From contig JAFTII010000004.1 in the NCBI GenBank assembly GCA_017457005.1, positions 1 to 52,045 on the forward strand: 52,045 nt of DNA, in the 5' to 3' direction. Each line of letters opens with the position of its first letter. The stretch's first letter is position 1. Source of the DNA: Alphaproteobacteria bacterium (GTDB lineage: Bacteria > Pseudomonadota > Alphaproteobacteria > RF32 > CAG-239). A program made the translations under genes and the position numbers. Under the pieces are notes generated by a model that did no database searches, was not told the DNA's origin, and saw nothing but the letters and a program-made list of their open reading frames with translations. Below, in pieces: positions 21,570 to 30,538 of the stretch.

Positions 21570-21643
21570 AAAAAATAAAAAAAAATAAAAATATGTCTTG
21601 CATTTTTTTTATTATGTGCTATTAAATACCTCGTTCTACCGAT

Positions 21644-21718
21644 GCGGGCGTAGCTCAGGGGTAGAGCGCAACCTTGCCAAGGTTGATGTCGTGGGTCCGA
21701 ATCCCATCGCCCGCTCCA
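21644..21718 (+). tRNA. tRNA-Gly (GCC)
   Basis: GCGGGCGTAGCTCAGGGGTAGAGCGCAACCTTGCCAAGGTTG...CGCCCGCTCCA; cloverleaf with encoded CCA. Confidence 0.97.
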
Positions 21719-21722
21719 ATTC

Positions 21723-21756
21723 ACAAACCACCTTTTCAGGTGGTTTGTTGTTTTTT
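21723..21756 (+). terminator. Terminator after tRNA-Gly
   Basis: ACAAACCACCT-TTTC-AGGTGGTTTGT plus T-rich tail. Confidence 0.8.
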
Positions 21757-21834
21757 ATTTATTAGACATTTTTAACCAATACATTATAATATTATTCAAT
21801 TAATAAATAAAAACAAATAATAGGAGTTCCATAT

Positions 21835-22608
21835 ATGGTTTCCGTTATAGGTATGATTCGCTATTCTGTAGAAGCTTCATTTGCCTTTCCTGATAGAAAT
21901 AATATAAAGTCCTCTGTTTTTGATGAACCTTATTTCTCTCAACGATTAATAATGTTTAAGGGAATTACTTTAAAAAGTTTTGCCGAACAAACTTGTAAAG
22001 ATTTTGTATTATTAATATACCATTCAAATAAAATGCCTGAAGATAAAAAAGCAATCTTCTATGATATTGAAAAACAATATTCATTTATTCATAACATTTT
22101 TATTGATGGGGCTAAAATTGAATTACCTAAACAATTTCAAAAGCAACGAATTATGACTTTTCGTATTGATAACGATGATGCCATGCCTATCAATTTTATA
22201 GAAAAATTGTTTAATATATACAATAATAATATTCCTTTTTATGATAATGTAGCTTTTTCTATTCCGAAAATGCGTAAGCTTGCCCACGTAGAAAAAGACA
22301 TGTTTAAAACTAATGATTCCCTATTTATCTCTAACTCAATGGGATTAGCATATTTATCCACCGAAGGCAAACATGTGATGAGTTTAGGTAATCATAGACT
22401 TGTGCCTTATCATTATCATACAATGTGTATTGATGGTTTTGGTGGCTTACAAATTATCAATGGTACTAATATTGCTAATGGTTTTAACAAAACTCATTAT
22501 AAACAGAGTGAACCATCTTACTATACAGAACAAGAAATACGTAAAATATTACAATCTGAAGGATATCCTGATATGGATATTCAAAACATACCTATTATAA
22601 AAGAGTAG
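21835..22608 (+). CDS. Putative glycosyltransferase (putative rhamnosyltransferase family)
   Basis: RLIMFKGITLKSFAEQTCKDF and FRIDNDDA motifs. Confidence 0.7.
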   Translation: MVSVIGMIRYSVEASFAFPDRNNIKSSVFDEPYFSQRLIMFKGITLKSFAEQTCKDFVLLIYHSNKMPEDKKAIFYDIEKQYSFIHNIFIDGAKIELPKQFQKQRIMTFRIDNDDAMPINFIEKLFNIYNNNIPFYDNVAFSIPKMRKLAHVEKDMFKTNDSLFISNSMGLAYLSTEGKHVMSLGNHRLVPYHYHTMCIDGFGGLQIINGTNIANGFNKTHYKQSEPSYYTEQEIRKILQSEGYPDMDIQNIPIIKE

Positions 22609-22639
22609 TGTTGATTAAAATACAATAAAAGGATTGAAG

Positions 22640-23419
22640 ATGATTGATTTACATACACATTCTTACGTATCTGATGGTTTTTATTCTCCAAGTGATTTGG
22701 TAGTTAAGGCTGCAAATAAAGGAATAAAATACATGGCATTAACTGACCATAACACCGTAGGAGGACTAAAAGAAGCAGCTGCTTGTGCAAAACAGAATGA
22801 TGTTCATCTGATAAATGGAGTGGAACTTTCTTGCGAAAAAAATACTCATATTATCGGCTTATTCTTAAAACGGCTTAATCTAATAAAAAACAAAGAAAGT
22901 ATTCGTAATAAATACATGAAACAATCATTAGGAATTTATGGATATACTGTCTCTGACTATGGAAGTATTCGTAATGCACGAGATGCCTTTGTAAAGATGA
23001 TTATAAATTGCGGTAAGGCGTTAAATAAAACACAAGCTATAGAACACTTTATATTACCTCCTTTGGGATATGGTGAGGAAATAGATTTAATTCACAAATC
23101 AGGTGGTATTGCAATTTTAGCTCATCCCAACCGAATATTAGACATCAATAAAGATTCTTTACCAAAATTTATAAAAAAACTAAAAGACTATGGTATTGAT
23201 GGAATAGAAGTTTATCAATCTGCACAAACAGATAATTATACCGATTTTATTATGAAATTAGCTATAGAAAATAATTTGTTAATTAGTGGAGGGAGCGATT
23301 ATCATACTTCTGACAATTCAGTAAGAGAGCTTGGTTTTTATGGTAATCAAGAAAATCGCAAACCAATACCTTTACAAATACTAGAAAATCTTTTGCAAAG
23401 CAGCAATAAATATAAATAA
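22640..23419 (+). CDS. PHP-domain phosphoesterase (TrpH/YciV-like)
   Basis: DLHTHSYVSDG, ALTDHN, GVELS, LAHP, GGSDYH. Confidence 0.9.
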   Translation: MIDLHTHSYVSDGFYSPSDLVVKAANKGIKYMALTDHNTVGGLKEAAACAKQNDVHLINGVELSCEKNTHIIGLFLKRLNLIKNKESIRNKYMKQSLGIYGYTVSDYGSIRNARDAFVKMIINCGKALNKTQAIEHFILPPLGYGEEIDLIHKSGGIAILAHPNRILDINKDSLPKFIKKLKDYGIDGIEVYQSAQTDNYTDFIMKLAIENNLLISGGSDYHTSDNSVRELGFYGNQENRKPIPLQILENLLQSSNKYK

Positions 23420-23612
23420 ATATTACTTACTTTTCAGAGTATAATTTACAATTTTGGGTAATAATAAAAAAGATATATTTGTTAAATGGAGAGATTGACT
23501 ATAACGTTTTTACCTTTTTTTTAAAAATTTCTTTCATTTTAGTTGAAAATTAAATACAATTAGATATAATAAAATATATTTAGAGATAATTGAATATATT
23601 TGGAGAGTTTAA

Positions 23613-24659
23613 GTGATTAGTTTAAAAGATATCAATATTACTACTGAAATGCTTGGTATTATTTCCCAAATTGATGAGTTTAAAGGAAGTTGGAATGCTA
23701 TTAGCAGAACCCCAGAAAAACTACAATCATTAAAAAAAGTAGCAACTATTGAAAGCATAGGTTCTTCAAATAGAATTGAGGGTAATATTTTAACTGACAG
23801 ACAAGTTGAAACCATCTTATCAAATATAAAAAAACAATCTTTTTCCACCAGAGATGAGCAAGAGGTAATAGGATATGCTGACCTGATGGAAAATATATTT
23901 GATAATTATGAGGTAATTCCCTTTACTGAAAACTATATAAAGCAACTTCATAAGATACTTTTATCATATTCAAGCAAAGATGAAGCACATAGAGGCAATT
24001 ATAAAACTTTATCTAATAGTGTAGCAGCATTTGATACTGATGGTAAGCAAATTGGTATAGTATTTGAGACAGCCACTCCATTTGCAACCCCAGAGTTGAT
24101 GAGAAAACTAATATCACAGACAAGGGAATTATTAGAAGACAATGCTTTACACCCATTGATATTGATTGCCTTATTTGTTGTTCATTTTTTAGCAATTCAT
24201 CCCTTCCAAGATGGTAATGGCAGATTATCCAGAGCATTAACCACATTACTATTGCTAAAAAGTGGGTATTCTTATGTTCCATATAGTTCTATGGAAACAA
24301 TAATAGAAGAGAATAAAAATACCTATTACAAGGCATTAAGAAATTGTCAGCAGACATTTAAAACTGACAATATTGATTACAATGTGTGGTTGATGTTTTT
24401 TTTACAGACAGTCTTGAAACAAAAAATAAGATTAGAAAATAAAATCGGATTAGAAAAACAACAAGGATTAACTTTAAATCAAACAAGGATTCTTGAATTA
24501 TTTAATGAATCTAACCAGTGGACAAGTTCAGAAATTGCCAAAACAACTAATATCAATATAGCAACAGTGAAAAAAGCATTAGCAGAATTAGTTGATGGTG
24601 GATTCTTGATTAAAAATGGTTCTACCAAGGGTGCTTGGTATGAGAAAAATAAATGGTAA
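23613..24659 (+). CDS. Fic-domain protein with C-terminal winged HTH
   Basis: HPFQDGNGRLSR catalytic motif; SNRIEGN inhibitory-helix motif; C-terminal TSSEIAK...GSTKGAWY. Confidence 0.92.
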   Translation: MISLKDINITTEMLGIISQIDEFKGSWNAISRTPEKLQSLKKVATIESIGSSNRIEGNILTDRQVETILSNIKKQSFSTRDEQEVIGYADLMENIFDNYEVIPFTENYIKQLHKILLSYSSKDEAHRGNYKTLSNSVAAFDTDGKQIGIVFETATPFATPELMRKLISQTRELLEDNALHPLILIALFVVHFLAIHPFQDGNGRLSRALTTLLLLKSGYSYVPYSSMETIIEENKNTYYKALRNCQQTFKTDNIDYNVWLMFFLQTVLKQKIRLENKIGLEKQQGLTLNQTRILELFNESNQWTSSEIAKTTNINIATVKKALAELVDGGFLIKNGSTKGAWYEKNKW

Positions 24660-24706
24660 TGAAATAATGCCGGTAAGCGATAGCGAATGAGCGCCGTGAA
24701 CGAAGC

Positions 24707-24730
24707 AATCCCATCGCCCGCCCCAATTCA
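24707..24730 (+). repeat. Duplicated tRNA-Gly 3' end (att-like)
   Basis: AATCCCATCGCCCGCCCCAATTCA vs AATCCCATCGCCCGCTCCAATTCA. Confidence 0.85.
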
Positions 24731-24835
24731 AAAAACGTTTTTTTAAAGTGCCTTTTTTAAAAATTTATATTGAATTTAAGATTAATAACAGATAACCTGA
24801 CAAGCGATTTGGATTAATTTTTTTAGGAAATAAAA

Positions 24836-26110
24836 ATGTTAGATATTAAATTTATTATAGAAAACCCACAGTTCGTTAAAGAAAGTCTTGCAAAGAAAGG
24901 TTTTGCCTCTGAGAATGTGGATAATTTAATATCAACTTATTTGGAGATGAATAAGCTCAAAACTTCATCACAAGCTTTAGCTGAAGAAAAAAATAAACTT
25001 AGCAATTCCATCAAAACGGCAACTGCGGACGAACGTCCGGCAATCATTGCCAAAAGTAAAGAAATCGGAGAAGAGTTTAAGAAACAACAAGAACAACTTA
25101 GTAAAATTGAGGCAGATTTTGAGCTTCAAATGCTTAAAATGCCTAATTATCCGAGTTCCGATTGTCCTGTAGGTGAAGATGAAAGCGGAAATGTGATTAT
25201 TCGCAAAGTCGGCACACCTCGTACTTTTGACTTCACTCCCCGTGACCATGTTGAACTTATGGAATTAAATGATTGGGCAGAAATGGAACGTATTGCCAAA
25301 GTATCCGGATCCAGAACTTATGCAATTAAAAATGATTTAGCTAAGTTGGAATTAGCCATACACATGATGGTTCTTGATAAATTGCGTGAACACGGATTTA
25401 CGGTCATTACGGTTCCTTCTTTATCTAAAGAAAAACCTTTATATGGGCAAGGTTATCTGCCGTTTTCACGAGATGAAATTTATTATATGCCTGCTGATGA
25501 TATTTATTTATCCGGTACTGCAGAACTTATTTTAAATTCATTACATGCAGATGAATTGTTGCAAGAAAATCAATTGCCGATTCTTTATGCCGGATTTTCT
25601 CCGTGCTTTCGCCGTGAAGCCGGAGCAGCCGGTAAAGATACACGCGGCTTAGTACGTGTGCACCAATTTATGAAAACAGAGCAATTTGTTATCTGTAAAA
25701 ATGATATTGCAGAGAGTGAAAAATGGCACCAAAAGCTATTGGCAATTTCAGAAGAAGTTTTGCAAGATTTAGAATTGCCGTATCAGGTATTGGACATTTG
25801 TACGGGTGATATGGGCGCTCCTAAATATCGCCAATATGACTTGGAAGCATGGGTTCCCAGTCAAAACTGCTATCGTGAAACCCATTCTTGCTCCAATATA
25901 ACAGATTGGCAAGCTCGCAGAACAAATTTACGTTATCGTGACAATGCAGAAGGTAAGGTCAGATACGCTCATACCCTTAATAATACCGGAATTGCCACAC
26001 CACGTGCATTAGTTCCGTTTATTGAGAATCATCAAAATGCAGATGGTACAGTAAATATTCCGACAAAATTGCAGCCTTATTTAGGTGGAAAAACAAAAAT
26101 CGGAAAATAG
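24836..26110 (+). CDS. serS: Serine--tRNA ligase
   Basis: N-terminal coiled coil; GTAE, FRREAG...RGLVRVHQF, HTLNNT. Confidence 0.97.
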   Translation: MLDIKFIIENPQFVKESLAKKGFASENVDNLISTYLEMNKLKTSSQALAEEKNKLSNSIKTATADERPAIIAKSKEIGEEFKKQQEQLSKIEADFELQMLKMPNYPSSDCPVGEDESGNVIIRKVGTPRTFDFTPRDHVELMELNDWAEMERIAKVSGSRTYAIKNDLAKLELAIHMMVLDKLREHGFTVITVPSLSKEKPLYGQGYLPFSRDEIYYMPADDIYLSGTAELILNSLHADELLQENQLPILYAGFSPCFRREAGAAGKDTRGLVRVHQFMKTEQFVICKNDIAESEKWHQKLLAISEEVLQDLELPYQVLDICTGDMGAPKYRQYDLEAWVPSQNCYRETHSCSNITDWQARRTNLRYRDNAEGKVRYAHTLNNTGIATPRALVPFIENHQNADGTVNIPTKLQPYLGGKTKIGK

Positions 26111-26129
26111 CTGATAAGTAAATTTCCCG

Positions 26130-26169
26130 ATACACCCTAAAGTTGTTGCAACTTTAGGGTGTATTTTTT
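26130..26169 (+). terminator. Rho-independent terminator
   Basis: 16-bp stem ATACACCCTAAAGTTG/CAACTTTAGGGTGTAT plus T-run. Confidence 0.88.
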
Positions 26170-26188
26170 ATATACATCAACAAAAAGA

Positions 26189-26217
26189 TTGAAACAAATA
26201 TTAAAAAGTGCTAATAT
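26189..26217 (+). promoter_or_regulatory. Putative sigma70 promoter facing the structured locus
   Basis: TTGAAA-N17-TAATAT. Confidence 0.45.
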
Positions 26218-26223
26218 ATAAAA

Positions 26224-26450
26224 TGAAAAAAGAGGTGATGGCCGGGCTTCGTGAAGGAAGTTATTACCAGCAATAACCGCCCGTTTAGTAGTTATCAACG
26301 GACTTGCTCCGGCCACCATTAATTTTATGACCATTCCGCTCCGCTATTAAATTATATGGGAGCGGTGTTGATAAGCATAAGGCGGTATCAACACCGCCGC
26401 TGATAAATACTGGGAACCTTCACATTCCCGAGCCAATTTATGACTCGCTG
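26224..26450. ncRNA. Candidate structured non-coding RNA locus, family unknown
   Basis: GC-rich patch with several hairpins, two inverted homologous modules and flanking convergent promoter-like sequences. Confidence 0.5.
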
Positions 26451-26452
26451 AT

Positions 26453-26481
26453 ATGCTATATCAACATTATTCAAATTTCAA
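26453..26481 (-). promoter_or_regulatory. Putative sigma70 promoter facing the structured locus
   Basis: Minus strand TTGAAA-N17-TAGCAT. Confidence 0.45.
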
Positions 26482-26580
26482 GCTTTAATTAATTTGATTA
26501 TCGGCAAATCATTCTTGCTTGTAACATTCAATATTACTATAATATTGTCATAAATATAATCTATCTGAACGGATATAATA

Positions 26581-27246
26581 ATGTTATTGGATAAATCTAA
26601 ACTTTTGTATGCCCTTTTTGATTGGGACGGAACATTAGCAGATAATAGGGCCGTTGTGATAAAATCAATAGAGCAAGTTTTGGCAGAATACGGACTTGGC
26701 AATTGGGATGACGTTAAAAAACTTCGTAATCCTAAGTTGTCATTAAGAGATAATTTTGTTAATTTTTTTAAAGATAATGCGTTTGCAGCTTATGAACGTT
26801 ATCTTCAAATTTATAAGCTAAATTCGCCTCAAATGCTAAAAAGTTTTCCGTTTGCTGCTGAGGTTATACATTATCTTAAAAATCAGGGTGTGGAAGTCAT
26901 AATAATGACTAATAAAGACAGAAGACTATTAGATATTGAGTTACCGCTATTATATAATCCGGATTTATTTTTCAGAATTATATGCGGACACGAAGCACCC
27001 AAAGATAAACCGTATCCGGAACATATATATTATTCATTAAGAGGTCTGTTGTCGCCTTCAGAAATAAATCAGCAAAATGTTTGGATGGTTGGGGATAGCA
27101 GCCAAGATAGTGATTGTGCAATTTCTGCCGGAGCAACTCCGATTAGGGTGCATGAAGATTTATTTAAAGAACAACGGAATTCTTCTCAGATGATACAATA
27201 TTTTAAAAGTTTTGCGGAATTTTATGATTTTTTAGCAAAATATTAA
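26581..27246 (+). CDS. HAD-family hydrolase (phosphoglycolate phosphatase-like)
   Basis: FDWDGTLAD, TNK, KPYP, VGDSSQD. Confidence 0.9.
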   Translation: MLLDKSKLLYALFDWDGTLADNRAVVIKSIEQVLAEYGLGNWDDVKKLRNPKLSLRDNFVNFFKDNAFAAYERYLQIYKLNSPQMLKSFPFAAEVIHYLKNQGVEVIIMTNKDRRLLDIELPLLYNPDLFFRIICGHEAPKDKPYPEHIYYSLRGLLSPSEINQQNVWMVGDSSQDSDCAISAGATPIRVHEDLFKEQRNSSQMIQYFKSFAEFYDFLAKY

Positions 27247-27282
27247 AGTCCTGATTATAAGCTTTTTATCAGGAGAATATTT

Positions 27283-28845
27283 ATGTTTGAAAATTTAGAT
27301 ATCAGTAGGCAAACTCTGTTTAAATATATATTATGGGCAATATTTATTATCGGTATATTATTGCTGAATTTCTTTTTTGTGAAAGATTATATATCATCTA
27401 ATTCTTCTCAAATAAAAGATTATATTTTACGTGATGAAGATATAAATCCTACACGCGAAGCTGCTGTAGCCGGATTATTTTATCCGGCAGATGCCTATCA
27501 ATTAGAACGTGCGATTGATGGCTACTTAAGCCTAAATCCATCAACTTTTAGCCGTCGCCCACATATTATGGTTGTTCCGCATGCCGGATACCTTTATTCG
27601 GCAGAAGTTGCAGCAAAAGCCTATCAACAATTGCTTCCTTATAGTACTGCTATCAAAAAGGTAATAATTTTAGGCCCTTCTCATAAAGTTAATATTAAAG
27701 GTGCTGCTCTTTCTCGTGCTACAGGATTCCGCACTCCGTTAGGTCGCATTAAAACCGATAAAAATACAACAGATTATTTTTCTGCCCTTAAAGGATTCTC
27801 TTTCAATGACTATGCTCATAAAGATGAACATGCTTTAGAAGTACAACTTCCGTTTTTGCAAAAAACACTCAAAAATTTTTCCATCATTCCTATAATATAC
27901 GGTCAATCATCTCCTGAAATGCTGGCTGATGCAATAAGTCCGATATTGGAACAAGATGATGCTTTATTGATTGTTTCTGCAGATTTATCGCATTACCTTA
28001 ATGTTGAAGAAGCCAAGCTTCAAGATTCTCAAACAAGAGATATGGTTTCTGCCGGAGAAAAACTAAAAGCACATCAGTCTTGCGGAGCAACCGGAATTAA
28101 TACAGCTATGATTTTAGCTAAAAAATTCGGCTTGAAACCAAGTTTACTTGATTTTGCCAATTCCGGAGACGTATCCGGAATTACAGATAGTGTTGTCGGA
28201 TACGCTTCTTGGGTATTTGCCGGCGAACCTGATTTAGATAAAAATTTAACTCCCTTAGAGCAAGAAGTTGAAAATTTAACATTTTTTGCTAAGCATAATC
28301 GGCAAGATATTATAAAAATTGTCAAACAGTCTTTAGTATTAGCAACTAAGGATAAAAATTACACTCCTACCCGAGAAGAATATCCTGATGTCATGTTTGA
28401 TAAAGGCGCCGCATTTGTAACTCTTGAAATTGATAATAAATTGCGTGGTTGTATAGGATCTCTGCTTCCCACTCAAGCCATCAGTTTGGATATTGCTCAA
28501 AATGTATATGCCGCAGCCAATAAAGATAAGCGTTTTACACCATTAAAAGACGATGAATTGCCGAATATAGATTTTACGGTATCATTGCTTAGCAGTTATG
28601 AACGTATTAACTTTAAAAGTGAAGAGGATTTATTAAATAAGATAAAGCCCTATGAAGACGGTTTGGTAATTAGAGACGGAGACCGACAGGGGCTTCTTTT
28701 GCCATCTGTATGGAAAGATTTTTCTACCCCTAAAGAGTTCTTAAATGCACTTAAAATAAAAGCAGGTTTAAGCCCTTTATATTGGTCAGATAAAGTAAAA
28801 ATATATAAATTTAGAACTGTGGAGATAAAAGATAATGAAGCATAA
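27283..28845 (+). CDS. AmmeMemoRadiSam protein B/A fusion (MEMO1 + AMMECR1) with N-terminal TM helix
   Basis: AVAGLFYP, PHAGYLYS, EHALEVQLPFL, SADLSHY, VVGYAS; then GAAFVTL, LRGCIGS, LLPSVW, LKIKAG. Confidence 0.9.
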   Translation: MFENLDISRQTLFKYILWAIFIIGILLLNFFFVKDYISSNSSQIKDYILRDEDINPTREAAVAGLFYPADAYQLERAIDGYLSLNPSTFSRRPHIMVVPHAGYLYSAEVAAKAYQQLLPYSTAIKKVIILGPSHKVNIKGAALSRATGFRTPLGRIKTDKNTTDYFSALKGFSFNDYAHKDEHALEVQLPFLQKTLKNFSIIPIIYGQSSPEMLADAISPILEQDDALLIVSADLSHYLNVEEAKLQDSQTRDMVSAGEKLKAHQSCGATGINTAMILAKKFGLKPSLLDFANSGDVSGITDSVVGYASWVFAGEPDLDKNLTPLEQEVENLTFFAKHNRQDIIKIVKQSLVLATKDKNYTPTREEYPDVMFDKGAAFVTLEIDNKLRGCIGSLLPTQAISLDIAQNVYAAANKDKRFTPLKDDELPNIDFTVSLLSSYERINFKSEEDLLNKIKPYEDGLVIRDGDRQGLLLPSVWKDFSTPKEFLNALKIKAGLSPLYWSDKVKIYKFRTVEIKDNEA

Positions 28846-30538
28846 AATAGCTATTTCTGAAGAAAAATTAGATGAAATTTTTGCAGAACATGTGCGAGAT
28901 GTTGTTTTAATAGATGATAAATTTTCAGGATACCGGAATCTTAGTGAAGGAAATAAAAAAGCTTTACAATATTTGGTTAGAGCCGCCAAGGTTATGAATA
29001 TCGTTGCTATGGAACAAGATCATCCGCAAAACTTGGCATTAAAAAAAGAATTGGAAGAAGCCGCAAAAACCAGCTCTCATGCAGCAAAAGCATTACGTTT
29101 GTTCAATTCTTTAGGCGGTGCAAGCGGACATAATGGTATAGATTTTGAGCCTATAGAAATATTTGAAGGTATTAATTTGCTTAAAGGCAAAAATTTCTAC
29201 CCTCAAGATTTGAGTGTAGAAAAATTTCATCAGATACTGAAAGATATGCTCAAATCTGGTCAACAAGATAATGTAAAAAAGATTTTGTCAGCTCGCAGTA
29301 TGGTAAGATATTCTGATGACGGTACACTTAAAGCTATAGACTATACCGAATATTTTGCAGCGCAATTTTCCGCAATTGCAAATGACTTGGAGCTTGCAGC
29401 TTATTATTCAGATAATCATGAATTTAATGAATTTTTGAATTGGCAAGCTCAGGCACTATTGCAAAACAATGAAGACATGGACATGTTGGCAGATAAACAT
29501 TGGGCAGTTATGCAAGATACCCCTTTAGAATTTACCATCAGTCGTGAAAATTATGAAGATGAAATGACCGGAACGGTTTTAGAAGACGAAGAATTAAAAA
29601 AATTATTAACAGAAGCCGGAATAGAACCGATTGCAAAAGATACTTTAGGGGCAAGAGTTGGTATCATAAATCAAGAAGGTACAAAACTTTTACTGACCTT
29701 TAAAGAGCAAATGAAGAAATTAGCAAATCTTATGCCGTTATCTGACAAATACCAACAGACCATAGCATCCGGAGAGACTATTAAGCAGACAATGGTAGAT
29801 GTAGATTTGGCTGCTTTATGCGGAGACTTTGCTCAATGCCGAGGAGGCATCACGACGGCGGAAAATTTACCTAATGATGATAAGCTTGCCATCAAAACAG
29901 GTGGTGGCAGACGTAATGTTTATCATCGTCAAGTCAGAATGAGTTATGATGAACAACGCGATAAAAGATTGTTGAATGCCTTAGTAGTTCCGGAATTACA
30001 CCAATATTACAGTCATGAAGCTGATCATATTTTTGTTATCGGACATGAGAATGGTCACTCTTTAGGCCCTAATAGCTCATACAAAGATGCACTTGGAAAT
30101 TATCGCCATATTATTGAAGAAAATAAAGCAGATGTTGTTTCTATAGCCATGATGCCTGAATATGTAAAAAGTGGCGTTATAGATGAACTAATGCTCAAAA
30201 AAATCTATACGACTTGGATTGTTATGCGTTCTTTATGCAAAGCTAAACCTATAGAATCACATAGAGTTGGCGATCTAATACATTTCAACTATTTATTGCA
30301 ACGAGAAGTAATAACTTTTAATGCAGATAAAAAGCTTAATATTGATTTTGCCAAATTACCTATAGCCATCAACAGTTTGCTGGCAGAAACAATTGAAATT
30401 CAGCTTTCTCGCTCTCCGCAAAAAGCAAAGGCTTGGATTGAAAAATATACCAAGTGGGAGGACATTCATATATATATTGCCAATACTTTACAAAGTTTGG
30501 GTGTTAAAAATTATATAGAAATTAGGACACATTTTTAA
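28835..30538 (+). CDS. Zn peptidase, M49 (dipeptidyl peptidase III)-like
   Basis: NFYP, NLPNDD, GHENGHSLGP (HExxH), EENKADV. Confidence 0.75.
   Translation: MKHKIAISEEKLDEIFAEHVRDVVLIDDKFSGYRNLSEGNKKALQYLVRAAKVMNIVAMEQDHPQNLALKKELEEAAKTSSHAAKALRLFNSLGGASGHNGIDFEPIEIFEGINLLKGKNFYPQDLSVEKFHQILKDMLKSGQQDNVKKILSARSMVRYSDDGTLKAIDYTEYFAAQFSAIANDLELAAYYSDNHEFNEFLNWQAQALLQNNEDMDMLADKHWAVMQDTPLEFTISRENYEDEMTGTVLEDEELKKLLTEAGIEPIAKDTLGARVGIINQEGTKLLLTFKEQMKKLANLMPLSDKYQQTIASGETIKQTMVDVDLAALCGDFAQCRGGITTAENLPNDDKLAIKTGGGRRNVYHRQVRMSYDEQRDKRLLNALVVPELHQYYSHEADHIFVIGHENGHSLGPNSSYKDALGNYRHIIEENKADVVSIAMMPEYVKSGVIDELMLKKIYTTWIVMRSLCKAKPIESHRVGDLIHFNYLLQREVITFNADKKLNIDFAKLPIAINSLLAETIEIQLSRSPQKAKAWIEKYTKWEDIHIYIANTLQSLGVKNYIEIRTHF

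Larger units (their letters stand above)
21700..24730. mobile_element. ~3-kb genomic islet at tRNA-Gly, no integrase
   Basis: 24-bp direct repeat of the tRNA 3' end at 21700-21723 and 24707-24730 (1 mismatch); visibly more AT-rich; no CCGG in its three ORFs. Confidence 0.75.

Noticed and set aside
21425-21724. 99-aa minus-strand ORF
   Set aside because: Antisense shadow of tRNA-Gly and the ASCH gene
21724-24706. Prophage or ICE
   Set aside because: No integrase, phage or conjugation genes between the repeats
26240-26318. Canonical tRNA, tRNA-Sec, SRP RNA, tmRNA or RNase P RNA
   Set aside because: No T-loop/D-loop consensus, no SRP domain IV (CAGG...AGCAG) motif, no RNase P GAGGAAAGTCC, no tmRNA terminal motifs; kept only as an unknown RNA candidate
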